Assembly (NCBI GenBank): GCA_030834985.1
Contig: JAUQWV010000003.1
Span: 64,656-128,655 of the forward strand
Direction of reading: 5' to 3'
Length of the DNA stretch: 64,000 bases
Origin: Candidatus Dojkabacteria bacterium
Lineage (GTDB): Bacteria > Patescibacteriota > Dojkabacteria > J137
The notes below the pieces were generated by a model. It was not told the origin of the DNA, ran no database searches, and saw nothing but the letters and a program-made list of their open reading frames with translations. Numbering within the stretch: position 1 is the stretch's first letter; each line of letters opens with the position of its first letter. This document shows positions 10,364-21,502 of this stretch, one piece after another. A program made the translations under genes and the position numbers.

Positions 10364-10627
10364 TTAGATTCTTACCCTTGTTTGCAAATATTTAATAACG
10401 TAATACAACAAAGGTGTAAGAATTGCGCCCAACAGCACAGAGTTTATCAATCTTGCAATAAAGCTGCCTATTCCAACAGCATCATCTAATTTTATTGGAA
10501 AACCGTATAAAAAGGATCCTTTTAGTAGTTCAATTGCTAAAAAGTTTATTAAGCCTGATATTACTAATGAAACTAGGAATGAAAATATCCATAACTGTTT
10601 AGTTACAGGGTTTACATCATTCAGCAT
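10364..10627 (-). CDS. Small two-TM membrane protein
   Basis: Two hydrophobic helices. Confidence 0.6.
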   Translation of the reverse strand: MLNDVNPVTKQLWIFSFLVSLVISGLINFLAIELLKGSFLYGFPIKLDDAVGIGSFIARLINSVLLGAILTPLLYYVIKYLQTRVRI

Positions 10628-10686
10628 AAAATCAAGCTAATATCTTATACTTATATTCTAAATGAATATAGTGAGTTTGTAAAAGA

Positions 10687-11976
10687 TTACACAAGCTGTT
10701 TAATCTCATTCCAAGTTTGCTCTACTGTTGTTTCCCAGCTATATCTGCTCACAACTTCGTATCCTTTCTTAATAAATTCCTGGACTTGATCAGTATTTGT
10801 TAAGTATTCATTAATTAGCTGTGCGGCGGAGCTTGCATTAGAAGAATTAATCAAGAAAGCTCCGCCATCTGTAACTTCTGGAATACAAGAATAGTTGCCA
10901 ACAATTACAGGGACTTTTGCTGCCATTGCCTGTAGAGGCCCAAAACTAAAGCCTTCGTATTTAGAGAAATTAAAATAACAATAAGCTTCTTGTATTAGAA
11001 TTGTTAAATCTTCATCACTAACTCGATCAGTTGTAATAATGTAATCTAAAATTCCAACTGTTTTTAATTTTTTCAAAACTTTATCTGCTCTTTCATTTTG
11101 AGGCTGAATTTTAGAACCTTTAGCCTTATTGAAATCTTTACCTACTAAAACTAATTTACTAGGAAATTCAGGATTTAATTGTATAAGTTTTTTAAAGATC
11201 TCAATTAAATCATCAACTCCTTTATTTTTTTCTAAACCAGAATCATAAATAAAATATTTTTGTGGCTCTAATGAAAATGCTTTCATTACATGTTTAATAT
11301 CAGCTTCTGAACTTTTTTCAAAAAACTTTTCGTCAACACCTAAATATATAGGTCTAATTTTAGTTTCAGGAATCTTGCCGTATTTAATTAAATCACCTTT
11401 GGAAAAGTTGGAATTTGTAAGCACTAGATCGGCGTTTTTTACACCATTAAACATAATGTTGTAAAAAACGCCTTTAATAACATTATGCACAATACTTTTT
11501 TGTGAATAGCTACGTGTTGCAATAGGAATTGCATCGTGTGCCATCACAACAGTTTTAGGAACATAATTAAGATTTCTTTTTAAAATCCGCGTTGTAGGTA
11601 AACCTCTTTCAAAGTTTGCTGAATAATAAATATCGGGTTTAATTTCTTCAATTGCTAATTTAAAAGTATCTTTCCATCTTTTAATATTTCCTAAACTTGA
11701 ATTTACTGGTTCACCAAAAGAATAAAATTGGACATGTTTTAAATGCTGATCAACACCAAACTGCGATAAGCCTAACGCAATTAAGTTCTTTTTTAAATCA
11801 TGAAAACCTGCAAACCATACTTCAAAATTATCTTCTACAGCATAATCAAGAAGTCGCTTAACTACTTCTTTGCCGTATTTTCCAATACCTCTAAATGAAT
11901 ATTGATCAAATAAAAATGTTGTATCAATTAAAATCTTTTTTTTAGGTTGCTCAGAGTTTTGAGAAGTTTCTTGCAT
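10687..11976 (-). CDS. Glycosyltransferase family 4
   Basis: RGIGKY, HDAIP, NSNFSK, EGFSFGPLQAMA. Confidence 0.9.
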   Translation of the reverse strand: MQETSQNSEQPKKKILIDTTFLFDQYSFRGIGKYGKEVVKRLLDYAVEDNFEVWFAGFHDLKKNLIALGLSQFGVDQHLKHVQFYSFGEPVNSSLGNIKRWKDTFKLAIEEIKPDIYYSANFERGLPTTRILKRNLNYVPKTVVMAHDAIPIATRSYSQKSIVHNVIKGVFYNIMFNGVKNADLVLTNSNFSKGDLIKYGKIPETKIRPIYLGVDEKFFEKSSEADIKHVMKAFSLEPQKYFIYDSGLEKNKGVDDLIEIFKKLIQLNPEFPSKLVLVGKDFNKAKGSKIQPQNERADKVLKKLKTVGILDYIITTDRVSDEDLTILIQEAYCYFNFSKYEGFSFGPLQAMAAKVPVIVGNYSCIPEVTDGGAFLINSSNASSAAQLINEYLTNTDQVQEFIKKGYEVVSRYSWETTVEQTWNEIKQLV

Positions 11977-12045
11977 ATTTCTATTCTAATACTTTACTAT
12001 TTAAGGTGCCTAATTTTAACACATTAAAAATGTTAAAATTTACTT

Positions 12046-12993
12046 ATGGAAACAGCAATCATTATTGTAAATTACAGAACCCCTTGGCATTTAAAGTTAT
12101 GCCTTGAAAGTGTTTTTAAGTTTACAGAAAATTTTCATTTAATAATTGTTCAAAATAAGCCTGATAGAAAATCACAAAGAATTGTAGATGATTATAAAAA
12201 TAGATATCCAAATACAGTTGAAGTTATTACTCACGACAAGAATATAGGATTTGTTGACGGTGTAAATTCCGCGTATGAAAGCGCAATCAAATACGATAGA
12301 GTGTGTCTACTTAATAGCGACACAATAGTAACTAAAGGATGGTTAAATGAAATGAATGCAGAAATGGATGCCAATCCTAATATTGTACAAATCTCACCTG
12401 ACTCAAATGCGTTTTACCCTACTCCAAGACTTTGGCGGTTAGTCAATAAACTTCCTTTTGGCCTAAAAAAGTTATCTAAGCTACAGGCAAGTATTGCACC
12501 AATCAGTTCAAAGGATAAACACACGTACCGAAAAGTAGAAGAATTCTGGTATTTTCCTGGAGGATTTTGTAATGTCTTTAAAACAGCACCATTTAAACAT
12601 TTAGGATACTTTTGTGATCCAAACATAGTACATGGCTACTGGGATGACTTTGACTTAGCGTATTATTTACGCCAATTCGGCGAAGTTGGATCAACAAATA
12701 ACGCGTATGTTTTTCATTTTGTGAATGTTACTTTTAATAGAATTAGTGAAGATAAACAGGGAATGAAAGATAGACTAATGCAACTGAATGGCTTATATGT
12801 AATGGACAAGTGGCGTGAAAGGCTTACAAGTGATTTACATCAAATTAATAAAGATAGATTACTTGAACAAAGTAACCATTATGTTTTACAAATGGTATAT
12901 CAATACTTCGCATTAACTACAGTTAATCCGGAGTTCATCGAATATATACGCACATTGCCGGCAAAAGAAATTGGTGAAAAGTTTCTGAAGTAA
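12046..12993 (+). CDS. Glycosyltransferase family 2
   Basis: IIIVNY, NIGF..GVN, LLNSD, YWDDFD. Confidence 0.9.
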   Translation: METAIIIVNYRTPWHLKLCLESVFKFTENFHLIIVQNKPDRKSQRIVDDYKNRYPNTVEVITHDKNIGFVDGVNSAYESAIKYDRVCLLNSDTIVTKGWLNEMNAEMDANPNIVQISPDSNAFYPTPRLWRLVNKLPFGLKKLSKLQASIAPISSKDKHTYRKVEEFWYFPGGFCNVFKTAPFKHLGYFCDPNIVHGYWDDFDLAYYLRQFGEVGSTNNAYVFHFVNVTFNRISEDKQGMKDRLMQLNGLYVMDKWRERLTSDLHQINKDRLLEQSNHYVLQMVYQYFALTTVNPEFIEYIRTLPAKEIGEKFLK

Positions 12994-14691
12994 CTAAAGC
13001 AAGTGATATACTCCCTCATCTAAATTCCATGTTTTAGCATTTCCTCTTATCTGTATATTTTTACCGCTTTGGATATATAAATCGTAATTTCCTAATTCAA
13101 CACCTAAAAATTCTGTTACATTAAGTTCATTAATTGAGACTTCCTGTAAATCTATCTCTGCATTATTTTCTCTATTTACAGTATCACTCAAATTAAATTT
13201 ATAAATAGTTCTTTGTGATTTATTTACAAGGTAGCTTTCAATATACTGTGGGAATTCCTGTTTAGAAAACGGTGGGTCATAAACCCTAAAATCAAATACA
13301 TTGTCGGTAGAAGATGGTATCTAGATGTAATCCATTCTTCCTAATACAATTGCCATAAAACCGCTACCAGTTTGAGTATTATTTATATTCTGCGATACAA
13401 AATCTTTTACTGATGAACTTGATTTCGCGATTTCAATCTGGTGCGAAAAATACTCCATTGGTGAAACAAAATCGGTATTAAAAGGAGACACCCTGTACAA
13501 AAGAAGTATTGAACCTGAATAAATCGTTAGTAATATAAAAAATATTAAAACATAATTTTTGTATTTGCTATTATTCAAAAATTTAATAAGGAAGGCGAGT
13601 CCAATACAACAAAATGGAACTGTAGCTAATAAAAACCTTGATCCAAAACTTCCACCTCCCCACCAGTTCGGCCAAAAACCATAAATTACTACTAATGAGA
13701 ATATTGATGCCAAGCTAAATAAACATAGTTTTCTATACTTTTTTAAAGCAACAAAAAAGCCAGTGATCGCAAAAAGCATTATAGGTGTATATACAAACCA
13801 TCCCCTTTGTGGATGCACTAATATGTGTAGTCCTTTGAAAGCACTAAAGTCAAACGTTTCAGCCCGCGTAACTGAATAGCCGGACGCTAAAGGGTGCCCA
13901 TAAGAAATATAGTTATACAACAAATAAACTAAACCAAACGGAATAAGAGTTATAACTACCGGTATAAACCGTTTAGCAATATCTTTAGAAATGTGAATTT
14001 TATTTTCTTTAAAAATATATTCGCTCGTTAAATACATCAAGGAAATCAGAATGATCGGCAGGAAAACTGGACGAATTAGGAATAAAAATCCAATTGAAAT
14101 TCCTAAACCTATTAAATTACGTTTAAGCAAAAAGTAAATTAATGCTGAAACAAAGAATACTTCATATATATGCGTAAATATAGGTAATAAAATTACATAC
14201 CAAAGCAGATAAGAAGATATTACGACGGAACCAATACTAAAAATCGAAGTCTTTTTAGAAAAATTCAACAAGCTTAATGTTTTATAGATGAAGATCAATG
14301 CACCAATAAAAAATATTGTTGCATTAATTAACAATAAGATCCCATCAAAAATAGTATGCCCATTATAGGCGATAAAGTAGTCATTATAGAAATCAAAATG
14401 TGAGCTTAACATCTTCGCAACAAAAAGAGCTGGAACATTCAACAAAGCAGTCCCCGGAGAAGCAACTGAAACGTATTTATCGTTAAAAATTGTCTTAGCC
14501 CACGAAGCTGTGCTAAACCAATATTCAGGCTGCTGCTCAGTTACAAAGCTACCTTCGTTTACAATACTTTTTGCGGTATGATAATAGTAGAATCCATCTG
14601 ATCTAACAAATGGATCACCCTGGGTAATCATTAGTATCGCGAAAGCAATTACTGCAAGAATCAATACTAATTTTGTTTTATGCTTAAACAT
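12994..14691 (-). pseudogene. GT-C-like multi-TM glycosyltransferase interrupted by one in-frame TAG (13321-13323)
   Basis: ORF 13321..14691 (RSDGFYYY...WWGGGSFGSRF) continues in frame after TAG as IPSSTDNVFDFRVYDPPFSKQEFPQYIESYL... into ORF 12994..13191. Confidence 0.7.
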
Positions 14692-14766
14692 ACATTTTAA
14701 TATACCCTATTTAAAAATTTCTTGCTAAACTTTGTGAGCATATATAACTAATCATAAAAAAATATT

Positions 14767-15501
14767 ATGAGTAAGAAATTATCACTTGTTGTACCCGTAT
14801 ATAATGAGGAGAAAACATTAGAAATTCTTGTACAAAAGGTACTTACTGTTTCGTTTCCACAAAATATTTCTAAAGAGATTATTCTTGTAAATGACGGATC
14901 AAAAGATAAAAGTGGAGAAATAATGGATCAGCTTGCCGAAAAATTTTCTGAAATAAAAAGTTATCATAATAAAAAGAACTCTGGTAAAACTCAAACTGTT
15001 AAAAATGGAATTTCTTATACCACAGGTGACTACGTTGTAATTCAAGATGCTGATTTAGAATATGAGCCAAATGAATTGGTAGATTTATTAAATTTGATGT
15101 TAGAAAAAGATTTAGATGTTGTATACGGTAATAGATTTGGTAAGAAAAACAAAGTGGTATATTGGCAGAATTATATCGGCAACAAAGCATTGTCTTTCTT
15201 TTCAAATATTTTTACATATCCCAGAATTAAGGTGTATATTCCAGATATGGAAGTGTGTTATAAGATGATTAGGGGTAATGTTGCCAGAGAGATTGGTAGC
15301 ACAATTAAGTCAACAAGTAAGTTTGGCTTAGAACCAGAGATTACTGCAAAGCTTTCTAGATATAAGCTTAATAGTAAGCATCTAAAATTTGGGGTTGTTC
15401 CAATCAGTTATTATCCAAGAACAATTGCCGAAGGCAAAAAGATGAGTGCATTTAGCGACGGATTAAAAGCATTAAAAGAAATTATTCAATACAATTTATG
15501 A
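14767..15501 (+). CDS. Polyprenol-phosphate glycosyltransferase (DPM1/GtrB-like GT2)
   Basis: VVPVYNEE, VNDGSKD, IQDADLEY, DMEVCYK, FGLEPEIT. Confidence 0.88.
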   Translation: MSKKLSLVVPVYNEEKTLEILVQKVLTVSFPQNISKEIILVNDGSKDKSGEIMDQLAEKFSEIKSYHNKKNSGKTQTVKNGISYTTGDYVVIQDADLEYEPNELVDLLNLMLEKDLDVVYGNRFGKKNKVVYWQNYIGNKALSFFSNIFTYPRIKVYIPDMEVCYKMIRGNVAREIGSTIKSTSKFGLEPEITAKLSRYKLNSKHLKFGVVPISYYPRTIAEGKKMSAFSDGLKALKEIIQYNL

Positions 15502-15992
15502 GTGATAAAGTAAAAAATTTAACAAGGTTTGGAATCGATACTCTAAGATCAAAACAATTTCAAAAGTTTTTTATAATTGGGATTTCAGCATTTATTTTAG
15601 ACTTTGCTCTTTTATCATTAGTAATATTATTATTCAGTATTCCTCCCGAAGAGCATCTTAAGCAGACATTAGCAAATTTATTTTCTTCCGGCGTTGCAAT
15701 AGTTTTTAACTATACAATCCAAAGATACTGGACATTTGAATCCAAGAATACAAATGTAGCTAGTGAAGCAGGTAAATTCCTTGGCGTTCATGCATTTAAC
15801 TTAGTTGTGTATCAAAGTATTTTATTCACAGCGATAAATTACTTTTTCCCTGCATGGTTAGCAAAGATATTAGTTACAGGAATGCAAATTATTTCAAGCT
15901 TTTTGTTGTATAAGTTTTTTGTATTTAACAACAAAGATAAAGTTTCTGATGAAGTTGTTGCTGAAGCAGCAGTGCAGGGTGAGGTGAATTAA
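15498..15992 (+). CDS. GtrA-family flippase-like protein
   Basis: KFFIIG...FNY...WTF...KFFVF; 4 TMs; ATGA overlap with the GT2 gene. Confidence 0.85.
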   Translation: MSDKVKNLTRFGIDTLRSKQFQKFFIIGISAFILDFALLSLVILLFSIPPEEHLKQTLANLFSSGVAIVFNYTIQRYWTFESKNTNVASEAGKFLGVHAFNLVVYQSILFTAINYFFPAWLAKILVTGMQIISSFLLYKFFVFNNKDKVSDEVVAEAAVQGEVN

Positions 15993-16825
15993 TCTTCAAC
16001 AAATCTAACATAAATATCACCAAAGTCTTTTACATTAGATATATCTTTCAGTATATTTTTAAATTGTTCTGAATTAACCCATTCTTTGCTTGTTAGTTGC
16101 ATAGATTCTCCCCATGAAAAGTTGCACTTTATCTTACCTAATGTTTCTAAATATTCCAAACAGTCTAATGCGTTTTTATAAAATTCTGGCGTCATGAATT
16201 CATAAGAAATAATATTAACCTGTTTAGTCAAACCTTTTAGCACATTTAATTCAAAGCCTTCTACATCTATTTTTATAAAGTCTGGAGTTCCAAACTCTTT
16301 AATTAACGAGTCCAAAGTATCTACTTCAACAAATTCAGTTCTATCCCATGTGTAATTTTTGAACACTCCTTCTTTTACCTTATTAATCCATACATCACTC
16401 ATGGAGCTAATCGTATCGGCATTAGCTATCTGTATTGTAGTTTTACCTTTTTTACTATCCATACCTTTTTCTATCAAATGGAAATCTTTATTACTCTTAA
16501 ATTTATCCTTTAATATATTTATACAATTACTTTGAGGCTCTACAGCAATCACTTTAGCGCCTAGTGCTAAAAATACTTCAGACCTATTTCCGATATTTGC
16601 TCCTATATCGAAAACTAAATTCCCGCTTTTAATAAATTTTGAGTAAAAGTGTCGCCTTTTATTAAAATCTCTGTACTCTTTTGTTTGGATATATTTAAAT
16701 CTTTGTTTTATTTTTTTAGAAAAAGCAAAAGCATTTTTTACTAAACTATATATATGAATCTTGATTAATATAGTTTTAAGTATCTCTTTCATTTTCATAT
16801 AGTGAGTTCTAAAAAACAAAATCAT
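15989..16825 (-). CDS. FkbM-family methyltransferase
   Basis: FDIGANIG, VEPQ, FIKIDVEGFELNVLKG; start may lie up to about 11 codons downstream. Confidence 0.9.
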   Translation of the reverse strand: MILFFRTHYMKMKEILKTILIKIHIYSLVKNAFAFSKKIKQRFKYIQTKEYRDFNKRRHFYSKFIKSGNLVFDIGANIGNRSEVFLALGAKVIAVEPQSNCINILKDKFKSNKDFHLIEKGMDSKKGKTTIQIANADTISSMSDVWINKVKEGVFKNYTWDRTEFVEVDTLDSLIKEFGTPDFIKIDVEGFELNVLKGLTKQVNIISYEFMTPEFYKNALDCLEYLETLGKIKCNFSWGESMQLTSKEWVNSEQFKNILKDISNVKDFGDIYVRFVED

Positions 16826-17796
16826 GTATTACTAATAAAGTTCTTGTATTCTTCTATTGAGTTAAATCCTAAATACTTTACATGTCCTTCTGTATCTCCA
16901 TACACAAGAAAAAGCCTATGCTTCTTATAGAAATTTTTTAAAGCTTGTTTAATTGCATCTTTTCCAAATCTACCCTCAGAATATGATTTGTCTGACGATT
17001 CGTCTGGAACAAAAGCAGAAGAATAATGTAAGCAGATAGCTTTATGATTATTTTTAAATTCATAACCTTCTTTATTTAATCTGAAGCTGAATTCATTATC
17101 TTCATAATATGTTCCTAAAGTTAAATCGAAACTATATTTTTCAAATATTTCGCTTCGCCAAAGTGTAGCTCCAGATGGAGTCCAGTTAAGGGACTGACTT
17201 ATCTCGGCGCTAGGTTCTTTAAAATCCTTTTCAAAATCTAAATCTTGAAAAATAATCCACTTATTTTCAATTACGTAGAAAGGTCTATTTATTTGAATCA
17301 ATCCATTAGGCATAACCACTTTAGATTGCGCTGCTATTGTAGTTTTATCTTCATCCTCCAAAGTCTTAATTAGGTTTTCAAAATAACCCGGCATTATATA
17401 TATATCATTATCCAAAAATGCAACATATTCATTTTTTACATATTTCAACCCCTCGTTCCTAGCACCTGCTCCGCCTAAGTTGCTATCTAGATGTATAACT
17501 TTAATATTACTGTAATTGCCTTTAAGAATATTTAAATATTCTCCTGTACCGTCATTAGACTTATTATCAACAAGGATTAAATTAAACTTATCTTGAGTAT
17601 AAAGTTTATAAAGATTTTCTATAGTCCGTTTAGTTTGCTTCAGCCGATTAAATGTAGGCATTACTATATCAATCTGTGTTGTTTCTATTTCTGGGATATC
17701 GTAAGTTTTCACAAGACTAAGAACATCTCTTTTAATTTTTGGATATGTATATTCCACTCCTAATTTTGCTAATATTAATTTTTTTAACTTATTCAT
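16822..17796 (-). CDS. Glycosyltransferase family 2
   Basis: IVMPTFNR, VDNKSND, ARNEG, FLDND, YED. Confidence 0.9.
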   Translation of the reverse strand: MNKLKKLILAKLGVEYTYPKIKRDVLSLVKTYDIPEIETTQIDIVMPTFNRLKQTKRTIENLYKLYTQDKFNLILVDNKSNDGTGEYLNILKGNYSNIKVIHLDSNLGGAGARNEGLKYVKNEYVAFLDNDIYIMPGYFENLIKTLEDEDKTTIAAQSKVVMPNGLIQINRPFYVIENKWIIFQDLDFEKDFKEPSAEISQSLNWTPSGATLWRSEIFEKYSFDLTLGTYYEDNEFSFRLNKEGYEFKNNHKAICLHYSSAFVPDESSDKSYSEGRFGKDAIKQALKNFYKKHRLFLVYGDTEGHVKYLGFNSIEEYKNFISNT

Positions 17797-18943
17797 TAAG
17801 TAACGAGTTAAATAATTTCAAATATTCTTCTTGCATCAAACTCTTACTAAACTTAGCTTCTACGATTTCGAGCCCATTCTCTCCTAGTTCTATTTTATTA
17901 TTATAAGCTTTCTCTATATATGCAGGCATATCTATGAGCTCTACTAAATAACCATTAATATTTGTTTGAACCATTTCATTAATTGCACCTACATCTGTTG
18001 CAACTACAGGTTTACTTAATGCCATTGCCTCTAAAATTACAATCGGCACACCTTCGTAACGAGAAGTCATAATTAAAATATCTGAACTTGCAATTATCTT
18101 TCTTGAAACATTGTTTTCTAACTGACCTAATAAAATTACATTTTCGATATTTTCAGCTTCACCTGCCACTTGGCTATACATATCACCATCGCCAACTATA
18201 ATAAAATAATAATTGGGCATTTTCTTTGCTAGCTTAATTACTTCAAGAGGCTGTTTTTCTTCAGACATTCTGCCTACCCATACTACTTTGCGAGACTTAT
18301 CTAGGATCGAATTAAATGCAGTTGGAAAAACAGCCTCTTTAGTTTCATTTATGGTTTCTGCTACATCAATACCATTTCTTATAACCTTAATTTTTGACTG
18401 CTCAATTTTATACTCATTCACATATATATTTTCTAGTCTTTCACTTATTACAATTCTTTTAGTTATATATTGGTCAAAGGTAGAAGAGAACTTAGCTGAC
18501 CCTCCATCATCTTCAGGGCCACCTTCTGCATGTACTAAATCCACTATCTTCGAGTATTGAGAAATATGAGGTATTGCAAGATAACCAGTAAAAGAATTTG
18601 AGATAAAAGTTACCTTTATACCCGCTTTTCTAATCATCGAAAGAAAAATATATGAGTGTAGCTTTTGAGGTATATTGTCAATATGCCAGATATGGTCGGA
18701 ATATTTTTTAAATAAATTTTCCCATTCATGTCGAGAAGCCTTTGTAGTTACAATAAAAATATTCCAATTCTCTTTTTTTAAGGCTTCCATTATTTCTAAA
18801 TTTACTTTTTCTGCTCCTCCAAAAGTAAGCCATGGAACTATGAATAGTATACTTTTATCATCATAAAGCTTGAGATTAAATATTAGTAAGTTAGCAATAC
18901 TTCTTGCAATAATACTCCATAAGCTTCTAATCAATGCTTTCAT
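17789..18943 (-). CDS. Glycosyltransferase family 4
   Basis: GGAE, NGID, VGRM..EK, EGVPIVILEAMA. Confidence 0.92.
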   Translation of the reverse strand: MKALIRSLWSIIARSIANLLIFNLKLYDDKSILFIVPWLTFGGAEKVNLEIMEALKKENWNIFIVTTKASRHEWENLFKKYSDHIWHIDNIPQKLHSYIFLSMIRKAGIKVTFISNSFTGYLAIPHISQYSKIVDLVHAEGGPEDDGGSAKFSSTFDQYITKRIVISERLENIYVNEYKIEQSKIKVIRNGIDVAETINETKEAVFPTAFNSILDKSRKVVWVGRMSEEKQPLEVIKLAKKMPNYYFIIVGDGDMYSQVAGEAENIENVILLGQLENNVSRKIIASSDILIMTSRYEGVPIVILEAMALSKPVVATDVGAINEMVQTNINGYLVELIDMPAYIEKAYNNKIELGENGLEIVEAKFSKSLMQEEYLKLFNSLLNE

Positions 18944-20690
18944 TCTTGTATATATTAACGTAATAATCAGTTATAAGCGTATTATAATTTAAATTAAGTG
19001 CTTCAATTTTATCTAAAATATTTTTAGCAGAATTGTGATAGATAATTAAATAGTCCCAATAAATATCTTGAAGGTATTCATTGTTAATGTTTTTTAATAC
19101 CATATATTGAACTTCATTTTGCCACCTATCACCATAATAGGGATATAGGGGAGCATCATTGTATCCTACTATAAGTACCTTATGGATACCTTCCTTGCTA
19201 TCATCCTCAAATGCTTGTATATTCGGCATATATCTGGAAGCATAATAGTTCCCGATAGACATTACACCTTCACCGTTTCGTATAGACCATAGCGAATATT
19301 TTATTACTTCCCAATCAACAAAATAAAATGTCACCATAATATTTAAAAGACTTATAATAAAAACTCCGGTATAACAAAATAACTTTATCAGTTTATTTTG
19401 GATTGATATAACAAAAAGTGTTGCTATAAAGATAGCAGTTATTGGTAAAAATAAAATAAGTCTTAAATCCCATTGATCAGGAGCTCTAACTAAGAATAAG
19501 AGTGTAATTAGTCCGACTATTGTCGATATAAATAATATTTGACTTAGCTTTCTACTTAAAATAGTTCTAATTGAAACAAAAATGAAGATGGGAATTGCAA
19601 CCATATTGATAAAACCAGCATGTCCTATATCGTGAGAAAAGTAACTAATATCCCCTATTGGTTTTAAGTAAAACCAAGTACCAAAATGTTTAATATTAGC
19701 CCAAATAGTTCCAAATCCTATTGATAGTTTTTTTGCATCTCCAGAATCTAATGCAAACGGTGAATGATAATATAACCCCCCAATAATGTTACTTGGAAGT
19801 GCTAGAAATACTAATATCGGGCTTAATAATATTATACTTAATATGTGCTTCTTTTTAATTTCATTCCTGTTATTAACTAATCCATATACTATGAAAAGTG
19901 ATAGAAGTCCAGCAGCTATTATCCCATGATATTTACTTCCACAAAGAATCCCCAGTGAGAATAAAGTGAGAATAAGATTTCTAAAACTAAAATTTTTTAA
20001 AAAGTTATTAACAAGAATCATTGAAATTAATAATATTGCTGTAAATACTAAATCATTTTGTGTTGTTTTAGATTCATACAAATACAAAGGAATTGAAAGT
20101 ACCGATATAGTAGCAATAAACGAATATATCTTCCTTTTTATAAAAAAAGTTACACCAATATAAAACAATGACAGAGGTATTATTAAGGCGGCAATAAGTT
20201 GAGGTAATTCAACAAGATAATCTTTACCCAAAACTGAAAAGGCAATCGCATTTAATATTGATGAATTAGAGCCAAATATATTGACCCTTGCAACACTAAC
20301 ATCTGGATGATACCACCAGCTTCCTGTTTGGTTAGCTACTACTGACTTTGTTAAGTGATATGTTAGGCTATCCCAATTTATTGCAGGTCCTAAAAAAATA
20401 AATATTAGTGTATACAAGAAAAAGCCAAACCAAATTACTGAAGTAGTAAAGAAAAGAATTTTTGATAGTCTCTTAAGCTTTCTTAATTTAGTAAGCAAAG
20501 AGCGTATATATAGCCTTATTTCAAAAAGATTTTTATACTCTTTATACAAGAATATAGCGCATAAACTTACTGTCAATAGAAGTGCTAACTTGACATTGTA
20601 CATTTGGAGGGCAGATAAGCTCCATGTCAATATAATCTGAGCTGACCAGAATATAACAACATATTCAAAAAATCTATTAATTAGATTCAT
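18927..20690 (-). CDS. Multi-TM GT-C-like membrane protein
   Basis: About 13 TMs; WDSLTYHL loop, TQND, SKY, LR motifs. Confidence 0.7.
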   Translation of the reverse strand: MNLINRFFEYVVIFWSAQIILTWSLSALQMYNVKLALLLTVSLCAIFLYKEYKNLFEIRLYIRSLLTKLRKLKRLSKILFFTTSVIWFGFFLYTLIFIFLGPAINWDSLTYHLTKSVVANQTGSWWYHPDVSVARVNIFGSNSSILNAIAFSVLGKDYLVELPQLIAALIIPLSLFYIGVTFFIKRKIYSFIATISVLSIPLYLYESKTTQNDLVFTAILLISMILVNNFLKNFSFRNLILTLFSLGILCGSKYHGIIAAGLLSLFIVYGLVNNRNEIKKKHILSIILLSPILVFLALPSNIIGGLYYHSPFALDSGDAKKLSIGFGTIWANIKHFGTWFYLKPIGDISYFSHDIGHAGFINMVAIPIFIFVSIRTILSRKLSQILFISTIVGLITLLFLVRAPDQWDLRLILFLPITAIFIATLFVISIQNKLIKLFCYTGVFIISLLNIMVTFYFVDWEVIKYSLWSIRNGEGVMSIGNYYASRYMPNIQAFEDDSKEGIHKVLIVGYNDAPLYPYYGDRWQNEVQYMVLKNINNEYLQDIYWDYLIIYHNSAKNILDKIEALNLNYNTLITDYYVNIYKNESID

Positions 20691-20725
20691 TTATAACCTA
20701 AAATTTTTAGAGAGTACTGATTTAT

Positions 20726-21502
20726 TCACTCCTTCAAATATTTAAATACTTTTCGAAACTTAAAGCTAGCATAAATATGTTCAGCTAAATGCTTATAAAA
20801 TCTAGGTTGCCACACTTTACCCCAATATCGTTTGGCGACTTTATTATGTTCTTTAACAAATTTAGGAATAGATGTTCCTGTTTTAGATTCTGGATGTACC
20901 TGATAAATTGATAATATATCGGGAATTTGCGTGAATTTTTCACCATTAGATAAAAATCTTAACCAAAGCTCATGATCCATACAGTAATGCAGACTCTCAT
21001 CGATTAACCCATATTGATCAACTAAGCTTTTTCTGAAAAAAATAGATGGTTGTGGAGGAACGGAGTATTCGACCCACCACCTTGTTAACGATCTCTCTGT
21101 AACTTCTGGCTGTGGAATAATTTTTTCTTCACCAGTAGATAAATCAACGAGTTTACACCTACCCTCGATAATTGTAATACTAGGATCTTCGAAGTATTTT
21201 GCAACTTTCTCTAAAACAGTATTATCATATAAAAAATCGTCTGCATTAAGCCAAGTAATAACATCTCCAATAGCCATTCTCAAACCTTTATTTATTGCAT
21301 TTGATTGCCCTGAATCTTTTTCTGAAATATAAGTTAATCTATCTTTATATTTTTCAAGTATTTCCACAGTTTTATCTTCTGAAGCACCATCAATTACAAT
21401 ATGCTCAAAATTCTTATAAGTTTGCGCTTGTAATTTAATGATATTCTTTTCTATAAATTTTTCGCCATTATACACTGGTGTTATTATTGAAAACCTTACC
21501 AT
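20726..21502 (-). CDS. Glycosyltransferase family 2 (WcaE-like)
   Basis: SIITPVYN, IDGASED, EKDSGQSNAINKG, LNADD. Confidence 0.9.
   Translation of the reverse strand: MVRFSIITPVYNGEKFIEKNIIKLQAQTYKNFEHIVIDGASEDKTVEILEKYKDRLTYISEKDSGQSNAINKGLRMAIGDVITWLNADDFLYDNTVLEKVAKYFEDPSITIIEGRCKLVDLSTGEEKIIPQPEVTERSLTRWWVEYSVPPQPSIFFRKSLVDQYGLIDESLHYCMDHELWLRFLSNGEKFTQIPDILSIYQVHPESKTGTSIPKFVKEHNKVAKRYWGKVWQPRFYKHLAEHIYASFKFRKVFKYLKE

Noticed and set aside
13321-13323. Genome-wide amber recoding or pyrrolysine
   Set aside because: TAG is a genuine stop elsewhere (4596, 18927, 35578, 40251), and no pyl genes or suppressor tRNA are in the window.
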